From Chloroflexota bacterium (GTDB lineage Bacteria; Chloroflexota; Limnocylindria; P2-11E), in the NCBI GenBank assembly GCA_027310565.1, contig DAIDAP010000011.1, positions 28,616 to 92,615 of the forward strand: DNA of 64,000 nucleotides, written 5' to 3'. The stretch's first letter is position 1, and the number at the start of each line of letters is the position of its first letter. Made by a program: the position numbers and the translations under genes. The notes under the pieces are model-generated. The model ran no database searches and was not told the origin of the DNA. It worked only from the letters and a program-made list of their open reading frames with translations. This document shows, in pieces, positions 1-9,882 of the stretch.

Positions 1-1
1 A

Positions 2-1054
2 GAAATCGGCAAGTCCGCCGTGTGCCTGATCCGGCCCGATGTCCGGTGCGGCGGCGACACGATTATCTTTCGACCCAAGGTCGAGTTCCTCGCGCGGTTC
101 CTCGGGTATGCGACTGACTCACACTCAGCAGCGGCGCAAAAGGCTGCGATGGGTACCGGGACGACGATTAAGCACATCGCCGCTGACCGCCTGAAGTCAC
201 TTGTGATCGCAGTGGCACCGGTTCAGGAGCAGGGCGCCATCGCGTCATTCCTCGATCGCGAGACCGCGAAGATCGACGCGCTGGTGGCGAAGAAGGAGCG
301 GCTGATCGAGTTGCTCCTTGAGAAGCGCACTGCGCTCATCGCCAGGGCAGTGACCGAAGGCCTTGACCCGCAGGTTCCAATGAAAGACTCGGGCGTCGAG
401 TGGCTCGGGAAGATTCCGGCCCATTGGACTACGAGACGTCTCCGGAGCACGGTGCTGGCTCGCCAGAACGGGGTTTGGGGCGAGGAGCCGGACGGGGTCG
501 ATGATCTCCCATGCATCCGTGCCGCCGACTTCGACCGTCTGATGTTCCGCGCCACGCTCGCTGGCGCTCCGTTGCGCTCGATCAAGCAACGCGACGCAGA
601 GACTCGTGGCCTCCGAGCTGGCGATCTCTTGATTGAGGGATCTGGAGGCGGAGAGGAGCAGCCCGTTGGGATGGTTGTCCTCTATGACGACAAGACGTCC
701 GCCGTCTGTTCGAACTTTGTGGGTCGCATCACCGTCGCACCAGGGTTCTCTCCGAGATACCTGACGTACCTGCACGCGGCTCTCTACGCTATCCGCTTGA
801 CGACTCGGTCGATCAAGCAGACCACGGGCCTTCAGAATCTTGACAGCGAGAGCTACCTAAACGAGGTCGTCGCACTCGCACCAGAACCGGAACAGATTGC
901 CATCGCCGCACATCTCGATCGAGAGACCTCGCGTATCGACGCTCTCGTCGGAAAGGTCCGCGACGCCATTGCTCAGCTGAGGGAACTCCGGAGCGCCACT
1001 GTTTCCGCGGCGGTGACGGGCAAAATCGACGTGCGCAGGGAGGCAGCCACCTGA
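2..1054 (+). CDS. hsdS: Type I restriction-modification specificity subunit (5' truncated by window edge)
   Basis: Frame open from base 2. Two conserved helical repeats (IASFLDRETAKIDALV / IAAHLDRETSRIDALV), MKDSGVEWLGKIPAHW linker, C-terminal SAAVTGKIDVR. Upstream of hsdR. Visibly less GC-rich than flanks. Confidence 0.93.
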   Translation, partial: EIGKSAVCLIRPDVRCGGDTIIFRPKVEFLARFLGYATDSHSAAAQKAAMGTGTTIKHIAADRLKSLVIAVAPVQEQGAIASFLDRETAKIDALVAKKERLIELLLEKRTALIARAVTEGLDPQVPMKDSGVEWLGKIPAHWTTRRLRSTVLARQNGVWGEEPDGVDDLPCIRAADFDRLMFRATLAGAPLRSIKQRDAETRGLRAGDLLIEGSGGGEEQPVGMVVLYDDKTSAVCSNFVGRITVAPGFSPRYLTYLHAALYAIRLTTRSIKQTTGLQNLDSESYLNEVVALAPEPEQIAIAAHLDRETSRIDALVGKVRDAIAQLRELRSATVSAAVTGKIDVRREAAT

Positions 1055-1118
1055 GGCGACGAGGAGCGCGTCCTGTGCTCTTTTCAAGACAAGGCTATTC
1101 CGCTAATAATGATGGCCC

Positions 1119-2324
1119 TTGATCTCACCGCCGAAAATAAGAGAAGCCAAGGCTCCGAGTAGGCGCCAGCCGCACGGCCGCCGCATCCGGGCCGCGGGCG
1201 GGTACAGGCCGTATGTTCCCGCGCCCCTCCCGCCGCGCATCGAATGGACCGCCGCACTCGCCGCGCGCCTGTCCGACGCGGACCGCGCGGTCGGACGGCT
1301 CGCCGGGGAGGGCCGCCGCCTCGCGAATCCGCACCTGTTGCTGCGCCCCTTCGTCCGCCGCGAGGCAGTGCTCTCGAGCCGCATAGAAGGCACGCAGGCG
1401 ACGCTCGGCGAGCTCCTCGCGGCCGAGGCGGGCGCGGCGGTCGAGCGCAGCCCCGACGACCTGCGCGAGGTCGGCAACTACGTCGTCGCGCTCGAGCAGG
1501 GCGTGAAGCGCCTGCCGAAGCTGCCGCTGTCGCTGCGGCTCGTCCGCGAGCTGCACGGCACGCTCATGCGCGGCGTGCGCGGCGATGCCGCGACACCGGG
1601 CGAGTTCCGTACGTCGCAGAACTGGATCGGCCGCCCGGGCTCGACCCTCGCGAACGCGAGCTACGTCCCGCCGCCGCCCGATCGGCTCATGGAGTGCCTC
1701 GGGCCGTGGGAGAGGTTCCTCCACGACCGCGCCCTCCCGCCGCTCGTGCACGCGGCCGTCGTGCACGCGCAGTTCGAGGCGATCCATCCATTCCTCGACG
1801 GAAACGGGCGCGTCGGGCGTCTCCTCATCACGCTCCTGCTGGTGGAGCGGGCCGTCTTGCCCTCGCCGCTGCTGTACCTCAGCGCGTTCTTCGAGGCGAC
1901 GCGGCGCGAGTACTACGCGCGGCTCCTGGCGATCACCGAGGAAGGCGCGTGGGAGGAGTGGCTCGACTACTTCCTGCGCGGCGTCGCGGAGCAGTCCGAG
2001 GACGCGCTCACGCGCATTCAGCGCATCGACGAGTTGCTCGTCCGCTGGCGCGAGCGGCTCGTGGGCACGACCTCACGCCTCCCCGAGCGCGCGCTCGACC
2101 TCTTCGTCGCGAATCCCTTCTGGTCGGTGGGCAAGCTCGCCGAGCGCACCGGTGTCGCCTTCACGACAGCGCAGCGCGCGATCGACCGGCTCGAGGGGGA
2201 GGGCATCGTCGCGCTCGCGACGGAGGCCAAGCGCAACCGCGTCTACTGCGCGCGCGCGATCCTCCGGGTCCTCGAGGAGCCGTCGCGCGTCGGCACGGCG
2301 CGCGGCCGGAGGACGACCGCATGA
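1119..2324 (+). CDS. Fic family protein (class II, Fic_N + Fic + C-terminal wHTH)
   Basis: Canonical HPFLDGNGRVGR motif and N-terminal inhibitory motif SSRIEG. Stop overlaps hsdR start (ATGA). Exact start uncertain. Confidence 0.93.
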   Translation: MISPPKIREAKAPSRRQPHGRRIRAAGGYRPYVPAPLPPRIEWTAALAARLSDADRAVGRLAGEGRRLANPHLLLRPFVRREAVLSSRIEGTQATLGELLAAEAGAAVERSPDDLREVGNYVVALEQGVKRLPKLPLSLRLVRELHGTLMRGVRGDAATPGEFRTSQNWIGRPGSTLANASYVPPPPDRLMECLGPWERFLHDRALPPLVHAAVVHAQFEAIHPFLDGNGRVGRLLITLLLVERAVLPSPLLYLSAFFEATRREYYARLLAITEEGAWEEWLDYFLRGVAEQSEDALTRIQRIDELLVRWRERLVGTTSRLPERALDLFVANPFWSVGKLAERTGVAFTTAQRAIDRLEGEGIVALATEAKRNRVYCARAILRVLEEPSRVGTARGRRTTA

Positions 2325-5300
2325 CCGTACGGATCGCCGAGCGCGCCTTCGAGGACGCCATCGAATGCGGCCTTCTGCGCTTCGGTCCCGACGCCTGTGC
2401 CGCAGAGGCGCCCGCCATCGGCGAGGCGACCGGGCCGTACGGCGAAACGCCGCCGGGCGGCTACCACCGGCGGCGGCCCGAGGAGTACGACCGCGCGCTC
2501 TGCCTCCTGCCGCGCGACGTCGTGGACTTCGTCCTCGCGACGCAGCCGCGGGAGTGGCAACGGCTCTCCGAGCACCACGGCGCGGCGGTGCGCGAGCAGC
2601 TCCTGCGGCGGCTCGCCGCCGAGATCGAGCGCCGCGGCGCCCTCGACGTGCTGCGGAACGGGGTCAAAGACTCCGGCGTCAAGGTCCGCCTCGCGTTCTT
2701 CCGGCCGGCCAGCGGCCTGAACGAGGAGACCCGTCGCCTGCACGCGGCGAACCTGTTCTCGGTGGTGCGTCAGGTCCGCTACAGCGCGAAGAACGACAAC
2801 TCCATCGACCTCGTCCTCTTCCTGAACGGCATTCCCATCTTCACCGCCGAGCTGAAGAACCCGCTCAACGGGCAGGACGTCGAGGACGCGATCCACCAGT
2901 ACAAGACCGACCGCGACCCGCGCGAGCCGCTCCTCGCGTACGGCCGCTGCCTCGCGCACTTCGCCGTCGATCCCGACCTGGTGTACGTCACGACGAAGCT
3001 CGCAGGCCCGAAGACGCGCTTCCTGCCGTTCAACAGGGGGAAGTTCGGCGGTGCCGGCAATCCGCCGGTCCCGCCGACCGCGAGCGGCTACGCCACCGGC
3101 TATCTCTGGGACGAGATCTGGGCGCGCGACAGCGTGCTCGACCTCGTGCGTCAGTTCATCCACGAGATCGAGGAGGAGGACGAGAACGGGCGCAAGACCG
3201 GGCAGCGATCGCTCATCTTCCCGCGGTACCACCAGCTCGAGGCCGTGCGCGGCCTCGTGGCGGATGCGCGCGCCGCGGGCGCGGGGCAGCGCTACCTCAT
3301 TCAGCACTCCGCGGGGAGCGGAAAGAGCTTCACCATCGCCTGGCTCGCGCACCGGCTCGCGACGCTGCACGACGCCGGCGACCGGCGGGTGTTCGACTCG
3401 ATCGTGGTGATCACCGACCGCCGCGTCCTCGATCGCCAGCTCCAGAGCACGATGCGCCAGTTCGAGCAGACGCTCGGGGTGGTGGAGAACATCGACACCA
3501 CGTCACGCCAGCTCAAGGAGGCGCTGGAGGCGGGGAAGACGATCATCGTCACCACCCTCCAGAAGTTCCCGGTGATCGCGCGTGAGATCGGGGAGCTTCC
3601 GGGGAAGCGCTTCGCGGTGATCGTCGACGAGGCGCACTCCTCGCAGTCCGGCGAGAGCACGAAGAGCCTGAAGGCCGTCTTCGCGGCGCGATCGCTCGCG
3701 GAGGCCGAGGCGCAGGAGGCCGGCGCGCAGTCGCCGGAGGAGGAGCTCGAGGACGCCGTCCTCGCGGAGATGGAGAAGCGCGGCTGGCTGCCGAACCTGT
3801 CGACGTTCGCCTTCACCGCGACGCCGAAGTCGAAGACGCTGGAGCTCTTCGGCACGAAGCGGGCGGATGGGAGCTTCGGCCCGTTCCAATTGTACTCGAT
3901 GCGCCAGGCGATCGAGGAGGGCTTCATCCTCGACGTGCTCGCGACCTACACGACGTACGCGACCTACTGGCGGCTCCTCAAGAAGATCGAGGACGATCCC
4001 CGCTACGACAAGAGGAAGGCCGAGCGGCTGCTCCGGTCGTTCGTTGATCTGCACCCGCACGCGATCAACGAGAAGGTGCGGATCATGGTCGAGCACTTCG
4101 CCGCGCAGGTGCAGGGCGAGATCGGCGGCAGGGCGAAGGCGATGGTGGTCACGCGCTCCCGGCTCCACGCGGTGCGCTTCAAGCTCGCGATGGATGCGTA
4201 TCTGAAAGAGCACGGGTACCCCTTCGGCACGCTCGTGGCGTTCTCCGGCACGGTTCGCGACGGCGGCCGTTCCTACACCGAGAGCGGGATGAACTCGCTC
4301 GGGCGGAGCGGGACGATCGGCGAGAGCCAGACGGCGCGCGAGTTCGCCAAGCCCGAGTACCGCCTTCTCATCGTGGCGAACAAGTTCCAGACCGGCTTCG
4401 ACCAGCCGCTCCTCCACACCATGTACGTCGACAAGAAGCTCGGCGGCGTGAACGCCGTGCAGACGCTGTCACGCCTCGATCGCATCCATCCCGAGAAGAA
4501 GGGCACGGCGGTGCTGGACTTCGCGAACGGCGCGGACGAGATCGGGGCGGCGTTCGAGCCGTACTACGACACGACGATCCTCTCGGAAGGGACTGACCCG
4601 AATCTCCTCTACGAGGTGCAGGGCCGGCTGGCCGCCTTCCCGGTGTACGCGGAGGCCGACCTCACCGCGTTCGCGAGCATCTATTTCGACCCCAAGGCGA
4701 CGCAGGACCGCGTCTACGTGGCGCTCGCGCCGGCGGTCGAGCGGTTCCGTGCGCTCACTCCGGACGAGCAGGCCGATTTCCGCGGCGAGCTCGCCGACTA
4801 CGTCCGCCTGTACGCCTTCCTCTCGCAGATCCTGACCTTCGCCGACGCCGACCTCGAGAAGCTCTACGCCTTCGCGCGGCACCTGCGGCGGGTCCTCCCG
4901 TCGGACCGCGCCGACCTGCCGCGGGAGGTGCAGCAGAACATCGACATGGAGTCCTATCGGATCCAGCAGACCGGTGCCGGCGCGATCACCCTCACGCGTC
5001 GCGCGGGCGCATTGACACCCGCGGGCACGAAGGCCGCGCGCGGGGCGGAGGCCGAGGAGCTGGAGGCGCTGTCCCGGATCATCGCCGAGCTCAACGAGCG
5101 CTTCGGCCTCGATCTCGGACCGGAGCACCGGGTGACCCTCGGCCAGATGCTCGAGCGCCTCGACGCCGACGCGGGGCTCGATGCAAGCGCGCGCGCGAAC
5201 ACGCGCGAGAACGTGCGCCTGACCTTCGACGAGAAGGTCGAGCAGGTGATCCAGGACATCGTCGACTCGAACTTCGAGCTGTACAAGCGCATCACCGACG

Positions 5301-5869
5301 ATCGCGCGTTCGGCGACGCCCTCAAGAACTTCCTCTTCGATCAGTACCTCCGCGCGCACCGGCAGGCCGAGGAGCTCATCAAGCGAGGCGAGTCCAAGAC
5401 GCTCGAGTTCAAGTCGACTTTGCGATGGGACCTGAAGGCGGATCGCCAGGACGACCGGGGCGTCACGCATGCCGTCCTGAAGACCGTCGCCGCGTTCCTC
5501 AACACCGAGGGCGGCGACCTGCTCCTCGGCGTGGCCGACGATGGAGCGGTGGCCGGCATCGAGCGGGACGGGCTGGAGAGCGACGACAAGTTCATGCGCC
5601 ACCTCGCGCAGGTCGTGCGCAACGGCCTCGGGGATCGGGCGAGTACGTGCATCGATCCGCGGATCCAGATCGTCGAGGGGAAGACGGTCTGCGTCGTGAG
5701 CTGCCGGCGCAGCCCCGAGCCGGTGTTCCTCAAGTGGAAGGGCTTGGAGGCGAGCCCTGAGGGCGACTTCTATGTCCGGAGCGGCCCCAGCTCTGTGAAG
5801 CTACCACCCGAGAGCGCAATGGAGTTCATCCAGACTCGCTTCGAGAGGTCTGGACGAGCGGCTCGGTGA
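2321..5869 (+). CDS. hsdR: Type I restriction endonuclease subunit R with C-terminal Schlafen/AlbA_2 domain
   Basis: True start ATG 2321 after GGAGG; the ORF-track extension to 1244 is shadow of fic. Nuclease motif IDLVLFLNGIPIFTAELKN, Walker A QHSAGSGKS, DEAH, FTATP, QTGFDQP. C-terminus has ESKTLEFK and AFLNTEGGDLLLGVADDG. Confidence 0.93.
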   Translation: MTVRIAERAFEDAIECGLLRFGPDACAAEAPAIGEATGPYGETPPGGYHRRRPEEYDRALCLLPRDVVDFVLATQPREWQRLSEHHGAAVREQLLRRLAAEIERRGALDVLRNGVKDSGVKVRLAFFRPASGLNEETRRLHAANLFSVVRQVRYSAKNDNSIDLVLFLNGIPIFTAELKNPLNGQDVEDAIHQYKTDRDPREPLLAYGRCLAHFAVDPDLVYVTTKLAGPKTRFLPFNRGKFGGAGNPPVPPTASGYATGYLWDEIWARDSVLDLVRQFIHEIEEEDENGRKTGQRSLIFPRYHQLEAVRGLVADARAAGAGQRYLIQHSAGSGKSFTIAWLAHRLATLHDAGDRRVFDSIVVITDRRVLDRQLQSTMRQFEQTLGVVENIDTTSRQLKEALEAGKTIIVTTLQKFPVIAREIGELPGKRFAVIVDEAHSSQSGESTKSLKAVFAARSLAEAEAQEAGAQSPEEELEDAVLAEMEKRGWLPNLSTFAFTATPKSKTLELFGTKRADGSFGPFQLYSMRQAIEEGFILDVLATYTTYATYWRLLKKIEDDPRYDKRKAERLLRSFVDLHPHAINEKVRIMVEHFAAQVQGEIGGRAKAMVVTRSRLHAVRFKLAMDAYLKEHGYPFGTLVAFSGTVRDGGRSYTESGMNSLGRSGTIGESQTAREFAKPEYRLLIVANKFQTGFDQPLLHTMYVDKKLGGVNAVQTLSRLDRIHPEKKGTAVLDFANGADEIGAAFEPYYDTTILSEGTDPNLLYEVQGRLAAFPVYAEADLTAFASIYFDPKATQDRVYVALAPAVERFRALTPDEQADFRGELADYVRLYAFLSQILTFADADLEKLYAFARHLRRVLPSDRADLPREVQQNIDMESYRIQQTGAGAITLTRRAGALTPAGTKAARGAEAEELEALSRIIAELNERFGLDLGPEHRVTLGQMLERLDADAGLDASARANTRENVRLTFDEKVEQVIQDIVDSNFELYKRITDDRAFGDALKNFLFDQYLRAHRQAEELIKRGESKTLEFKSTLRWDLKADRQDDRGVTHAVLKTVAAFLNTEGGDLLLGVADDGAVAGIERDGLESDDKFMRHLAQVVRNGLGDRASTCIDPRIQIVEGKTVCVVSCRRSPEPVFLKWKGLEASPEGDFYVRSGPSSVKLPPESAMEFIQTRFERSGRAAR

Positions 5870-5931
5870 GCAGGGCTACATCGTCCTCGGTCTCGGCGAC
5901 GCCGGCGACCGGCGGTCCCGGGACGAGGTAG
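5850..5931 (+). pseudogene. upp: Decayed 3' fragment of uracil phosphoribosyltransferase; probable island boundary
   Basis: Translates LDERLGEQGYIVLGLGDAGDR, then after a 1-nt shift GTR*. Matches the UPRTase C-terminal signature GYIVPGLGDAGDRxFGT. Confidence 0.8.
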
Positions 5932-6017
5932 GCGCAAGGACCGGCCCGACCGCCTCGCACCAGCGCCGGCACCCGAGGTGCGCCGCTGGAACGTCGCGTG
6001 CAAGCGAGCGGGGTATC

Positions 6018-7121
6018 GTGACCCCAGAGCCGATGGCCACCCTGCTCTACGGCGCGTCCGCCGTGCTCGCGTTCCTGCTCGCCCTCGCGATCACGCCGCT
6101 CGTCGCGCGGCTTGCCGAGCGCTTCGGGCTGATGGACGTCCCGGGCGGCCGCCGGAACCACCCCCGGCCGATCGCGCGACCCGGCGGGCTCGCGATCGCG
6201 ATCGCGTTCGGGCTCACCATCCTCGCGTTCTGGGCCGTCGACCGCCTCGCCGGCTATCCGTTCCTCATCCCGGCCGAGGTGCGCTCGCCGCGCTTCACGC
6301 TCACCGCGCTGGCCGCGCTCCTCGGCATGGGCCTCGGCTTCGTCGACGACGCGTTCGAGCTGCGCGCCCGCTGGCAACTCCTGGGACTGTCGGTCATCGC
6401 GGCGATCATCGTCGCGGCGGGCATCCGCATCGACTTCGTCGACGACCCCTTCGGCAGCGGCGTCATCGACCTCGCCCTGCCGGTCGCCGTCGCGTTCACG
6501 TTCTTCTGGATCGTCGGCATGAACGTCGCGCTGAACTTCATCGACGGGCTCGATGGCCTCGCGGCGGGGGTCTCTGCGATCGCCGCGGCCACCCTCGGCG
6601 CGATCGCGCTGCTGCCGCAGGTGAGCGAGCCCTTCGTCGCGTGGATGGCGTTCTCGCTCGCCGGCGCGATCGCCGGGTTCCTGCTGCTGAACTTCCACCC
6701 GGCGCGCGTCTTCATGGGCACGAGCGGCGTCGTCTTCGTCGGGACGATGCTCGCGGTCCTCTCGATCTTCGGCACCGCGAAGGTCGCCGCGGCGCTCCTG
6801 GTGCTCGGCGTGCCGATCATCGACACCTTCTACGTGCTCGTCCGCCGCCTGCTGCAGGGACAGGCCCCGTTCGCGCCGGACCGCGGACATCTCCACCACC
6901 GGCTCCTCGACATCGGGCTCTCGCATCCGCAGGCGGTCCTGCTCATCTACGCGATGACGCTCGCGCTCGGCGCGGTCGCGTTCTGGTCGAGCGAGCGCAT
7001 CCAGGCGCTCGTCTTCATCGCGGTGGTCCTGGTCTTCGGCGTCCTCGCCCTGATCTTCACACAGCGCGCGCCGAAGGCCGAGGACCTCGATCCCGCTCTG
7101 TACGCGGAGGAGGGCGACTGA
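6018..7121 (+). CDS. MraY/WecA/TagO-family polyprenyl-phosphate GlcNAc-1-phosphate transferase
   Basis: Multi-TM. GFVDD, NVALNFIDGLDGLA, NFHPARVFMG, DRGHLHHRLL motifs. ATG 6033 is an alternative start. Confidence 0.92.
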   Translation: MTPEPMATLLYGASAVLAFLLALAITPLVARLAERFGLMDVPGGRRNHPRPIARPGGLAIAIAFGLTILAFWAVDRLAGYPFLIPAEVRSPRFTLTALAALLGMGLGFVDDAFELRARWQLLGLSVIAAIIVAAGIRIDFVDDPFGSGVIDLALPVAVAFTFFWIVGMNVALNFIDGLDGLAAGVSAIAAATLGAIALLPQVSEPFVAWMAFSLAGAIAGFLLLNFHPARVFMGTSGVVFVGTMLAVLSIFGTAKVAAALLVLGVPIIDTFYVLVRRLLQGQAPFAPDRGHLHHRLLDIGLSHPQAVLLIYAMTLALGAVAFWSSERIQALVFIAVVLVFGVLALIFTQRAPKAEDLDPALYAEEGD

Positions 7122-8026
7122 GCGCGAAGGTCCTGGTCGGGACCTGCTCGTGGACGGATCCGACGCTCCTCGAGTCCGGCTGGTATCCGCCGGAGGTCGC
7201 GAAGAAGGCCGACGAGCGCCTGCGCTACTACGCCGAGCGTTTCCCGATCGTCGAGAACGACGCGGCCTACTACGCCATCCCCGACCAGAAGCAGGCGAAG
7301 CTGTGGGCCGAGCGGACGCCCGAGGGATTCACGATGAGCTTCAAGGCGTTCGGCACGATCACGACCCACCCGACCGACCCGAAGCGCCTGCCGAAGGAGC
7401 TCCGCGAAGCGCTCCCCAAGGACGTGCTCGCGAAGCGGCGCGTGTACCCGAAGGACCTGCCGGACGACGTGCTGAGGGAGATCCACGCGCGGTACTGGGT
7501 CGGACTTGAGCCGATGCGCAGGGCCGGCAAGCTCGGCGCGATCCTCCTCCAGTACCCGGAGTGGTTCCCGATCGGCTCGAAGAACAAGGGCGAGATCCTG
7601 CGCGCGCGCGAGCTGCTCCCCGACGACCGCGTCGCGGTCGAGTTCCGCAACCACACCTGGATGGAGGAGCGCAACCGCGCCGAGACGCTCGCGTTCCTGC
7701 GCGAGCACGGCCTCACCTACGTCTCGGTCGACGAGCCGCAGGGCTTCCCCTCGTCGATCCCGCCGGTCGCCGAGGTGACCGCGGCGCTCGCCGTCGTCCG
7801 CTTCCACGGACGCAACGCGGAGAGCTGGAAGAAGCCCGGGCTCACGGCGGCGGAGCGTTTCGACTACCTGTACGCGAAGCCCGAGCTGGTGGAGTGGCTG
7901 CCGAAGATCCGCAGGCTGGAGGAGGAGGCCGACGAGGTGCACCTCCTCATGAACAACTGCTACGGCGACAAGGCCGTGCGCAACGCCGCCGACCTCGGGG
8001 CGCTCCTCGCCGCGAGAGGGACCTAA
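7118..8026 (+). CDS. DUF72 family protein
   Basis: VGTCSW, YYAERFPIVEND, LLQYP, VEFRN, VRFHGRN, FDYLY, MNN motifs. Only plausible start is CTG 7118 (CTGA overlap, GGAGG upstream). Confidence 0.88.
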   Translation: MSAKVLVGTCSWTDPTLLESGWYPPEVAKKADERLRYYAERFPIVENDAAYYAIPDQKQAKLWAERTPEGFTMSFKAFGTITTHPTDPKRLPKELREALPKDVLAKRRVYPKDLPDDVLREIHARYWVGLEPMRRAGKLGAILLQYPEWFPIGSKNKGEILRARELLPDDRVAVEFRNHTWMEERNRAETLAFLREHGLTYVSVDEPQGFPSSIPPVAEVTAALAVVRFHGRNAESWKKPGLTAAERFDYLYAKPELVEWLPKIRRLEEEADEVHLLMNNCYGDKAVRNAADLGALLAARGT

Positions 8027-8027
8027 G

Positions 8028-9872
8028 ATGCCGAACACGCCGCACCGCCCGCTCTCCGACTTCCATCCGCGCGAGCGTGTCGCCATCGTCCCGCACACGA
8101 CGCGGCGCTTCGCCTGCCGCGCGTCCATCGCCATCGCGCCAGACGGACACGCGGTCGCCGTCGTGAGCGACCGCGGCGCCGGCACGTACGAGGCCTGGGT
8201 CGTCCACGCCGCCGGCGGCATGCCCGAGCGCGCGATCGGCATCGAGGACCACGCCGTCCGCAGCCTGTGCTGGAGCGCGTCCGGCGAGCTCATCGCCGCG
8301 GCGGACCGCGGTGGCACCGAGCTGCACCAGCTCTACGTCCGCCACCCCGACGGCCCGCTCCTGCCGGTGTCGGTCGATCCCGCCGGGAGGGTGCAGCGCC
8401 TGCTCTCGTGGAACGCGGCTTCTCCGGACGGCCGGCGCGTCGCCTTCTCGAGCAACGCGCGCGCCGCGACGGACATGGACGTCGTGATCGGCGATCTCGC
8501 GACACGCACCGAGCGCCCGCTCCTCACCGCGCCGGCGTGGCACGTCGTCGGCGGCTGGTCGCCCGACGGCGCGCGCCTGCTCGTCATGCGCGCTCTCGAC
8601 AACACCACGCAGGACCTCCTTGTCGTCGATCCGGACAGCGGTGACGCGCGGGAGATCACGCGTCACGCCGAAGACGTCTCGCACGTCCCGGCGGGGTGGC
8701 TCGCCGACGGGCGCGTCGTCGAGATCACCGACATCGACGACGAGCACCTCTGGCTCGCCGCGCTGGACCCCGAGACCGGCGCCCGTGAGTCGATCGACCG
8801 CGGTCGATGGGACGTGGAGCTCGCGGTCTCTTCGGGCGACGGCCGCGTGCAGGCGTGGTCGGTGAACGAGGACGGCTACTCGAAGCTGCGCTGGCGTGTC
8901 GACGGCGGGCCCATCCGCGAGCGCGACCTGCACGGCGTCTGCGAGAACGTCGTCGCCAGCCACGACGGGTCGCGTCTGGCGTACCTGCGCATCGCCGCGA
9001 CGGAGGCCTGGCAGGTGTGGACGCTGGACACCGCGACCGGTGAGGCGCGCATCGAGCTGGCGTCGTCGTACACCGTGCCGAGCGGCGAGCTCGTGGCCCC
9101 CGAGTCGATCCGCATCCCGGGCCGCGACGGCGACATCCCGTGCTTCGTGTACCGGCCGAAGCGCGCGCGACCGCCGTACCCCGCGGTCCTGTACCCGCAC
9201 GGCGGGCCGGAAGGGCAGTCGCGCCCGGCGTTCTCCCCGCATCTGTCGCACCTCGCCGCGCTCGTCGACCGCGGCATCGCGCTGGTGGTCCCGAACATCC
9301 ACGGCTCGACCGGATACGGGCGCGCGTGGCAGGCCGCCATCCACCGGGACTGGGGCGGCATCGACCTGCGGGACCTGCGCGCCGTCACGGCGTGGATGCG
9401 GGAGCAGACGGACTTCGACCGGACGCGGCTCGCCGTCTACGGGGGCTCGTACGGCGGTTTCGCGACGCTCCTCTGCGTGACGCAGCTCCCCGAGGTCTGG
9501 CGCTGCGCGGTGGACGTGTTCGGCGTCGCGAACCTCGTGACGATGCTCGAGAACGCGCAGCCGAGCTGGCGGCGCTTCCTCGCGCGCTGGATCGGGGAGC
9601 TCCCGCGCGACCGCGAGAAGCTCGTGGAGCGGTCGCCGATCACGCACATCGAGAGCGTGCGCTGCCCGATGCTCATCCTCCAGGGCAGCAACGATCCGCG
9701 CGTGCCCCAGGAGGAGTCGGACCAGGTCGTCGAGCGGCTGCGGTCGCTCGGGCGCCGCGTGGAGTACGTCGTCTACCCGGACGAGGGCCACGGCTTCACC
9801 AAGCGCGCGAACGCCGAGGACGCCTACGGACGCGTGGTCGACTTCCTCACGCGGGAGCTGCTCGCCGGATGA
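8028..9872 (+). CDS. S9 family serine peptidase (beta-propeller + alpha/beta hydrolase)
   Basis: HGGPE, GGSYGG nucleophile, NDPRV Asp, DEGHG His; SPDG propeller repeats. Confidence 0.93.
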   Translation: MPNTPHRPLSDFHPRERVAIVPHTTRRFACRASIAIAPDGHAVAVVSDRGAGTYEAWVVHAAGGMPERAIGIEDHAVRSLCWSASGELIAAADRGGTELHQLYVRHPDGPLLPVSVDPAGRVQRLLSWNAASPDGRRVAFSSNARAATDMDVVIGDLATRTERPLLTAPAWHVVGGWSPDGARLLVMRALDNTTQDLLVVDPDSGDAREITRHAEDVSHVPAGWLADGRVVEITDIDDEHLWLAALDPETGARESIDRGRWDVELAVSSGDGRVQAWSVNEDGYSKLRWRVDGGPIRERDLHGVCENVVASHDGSRLAYLRIAATEAWQVWTLDTATGEARIELASSYTVPSGELVAPESIRIPGRDGDIPCFVYRPKRARPPYPAVLYPHGGPEGQSRPAFSPHLSHLAALVDRGIALVVPNIHGSTGYGRAWQAAIHRDWGGIDLRDLRAVTAWMREQTDFDRTRLAVYGGSYGGFATLLCVTQLPEVWRCAVDVFGVANLVTMLENAQPSWRRFLARWIGELPRDREKLVERSPITHIESVRCPMLILQGSNDPRVPQEESDQVVERLRSLGRRVEYVVYPDEGHGFTKRANAEDAYGRVVDFLTRELLAG

Positions 9873-9882
9873 GGCCTCGCCT

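Noticed and set aside
1244-2320. Apparent 359-aa N-terminal extension of HsdR
   Set aside because: Overlaps fic in another frame and is low-complexity; ATG 2321 has an RBS and an ATGA overlap.
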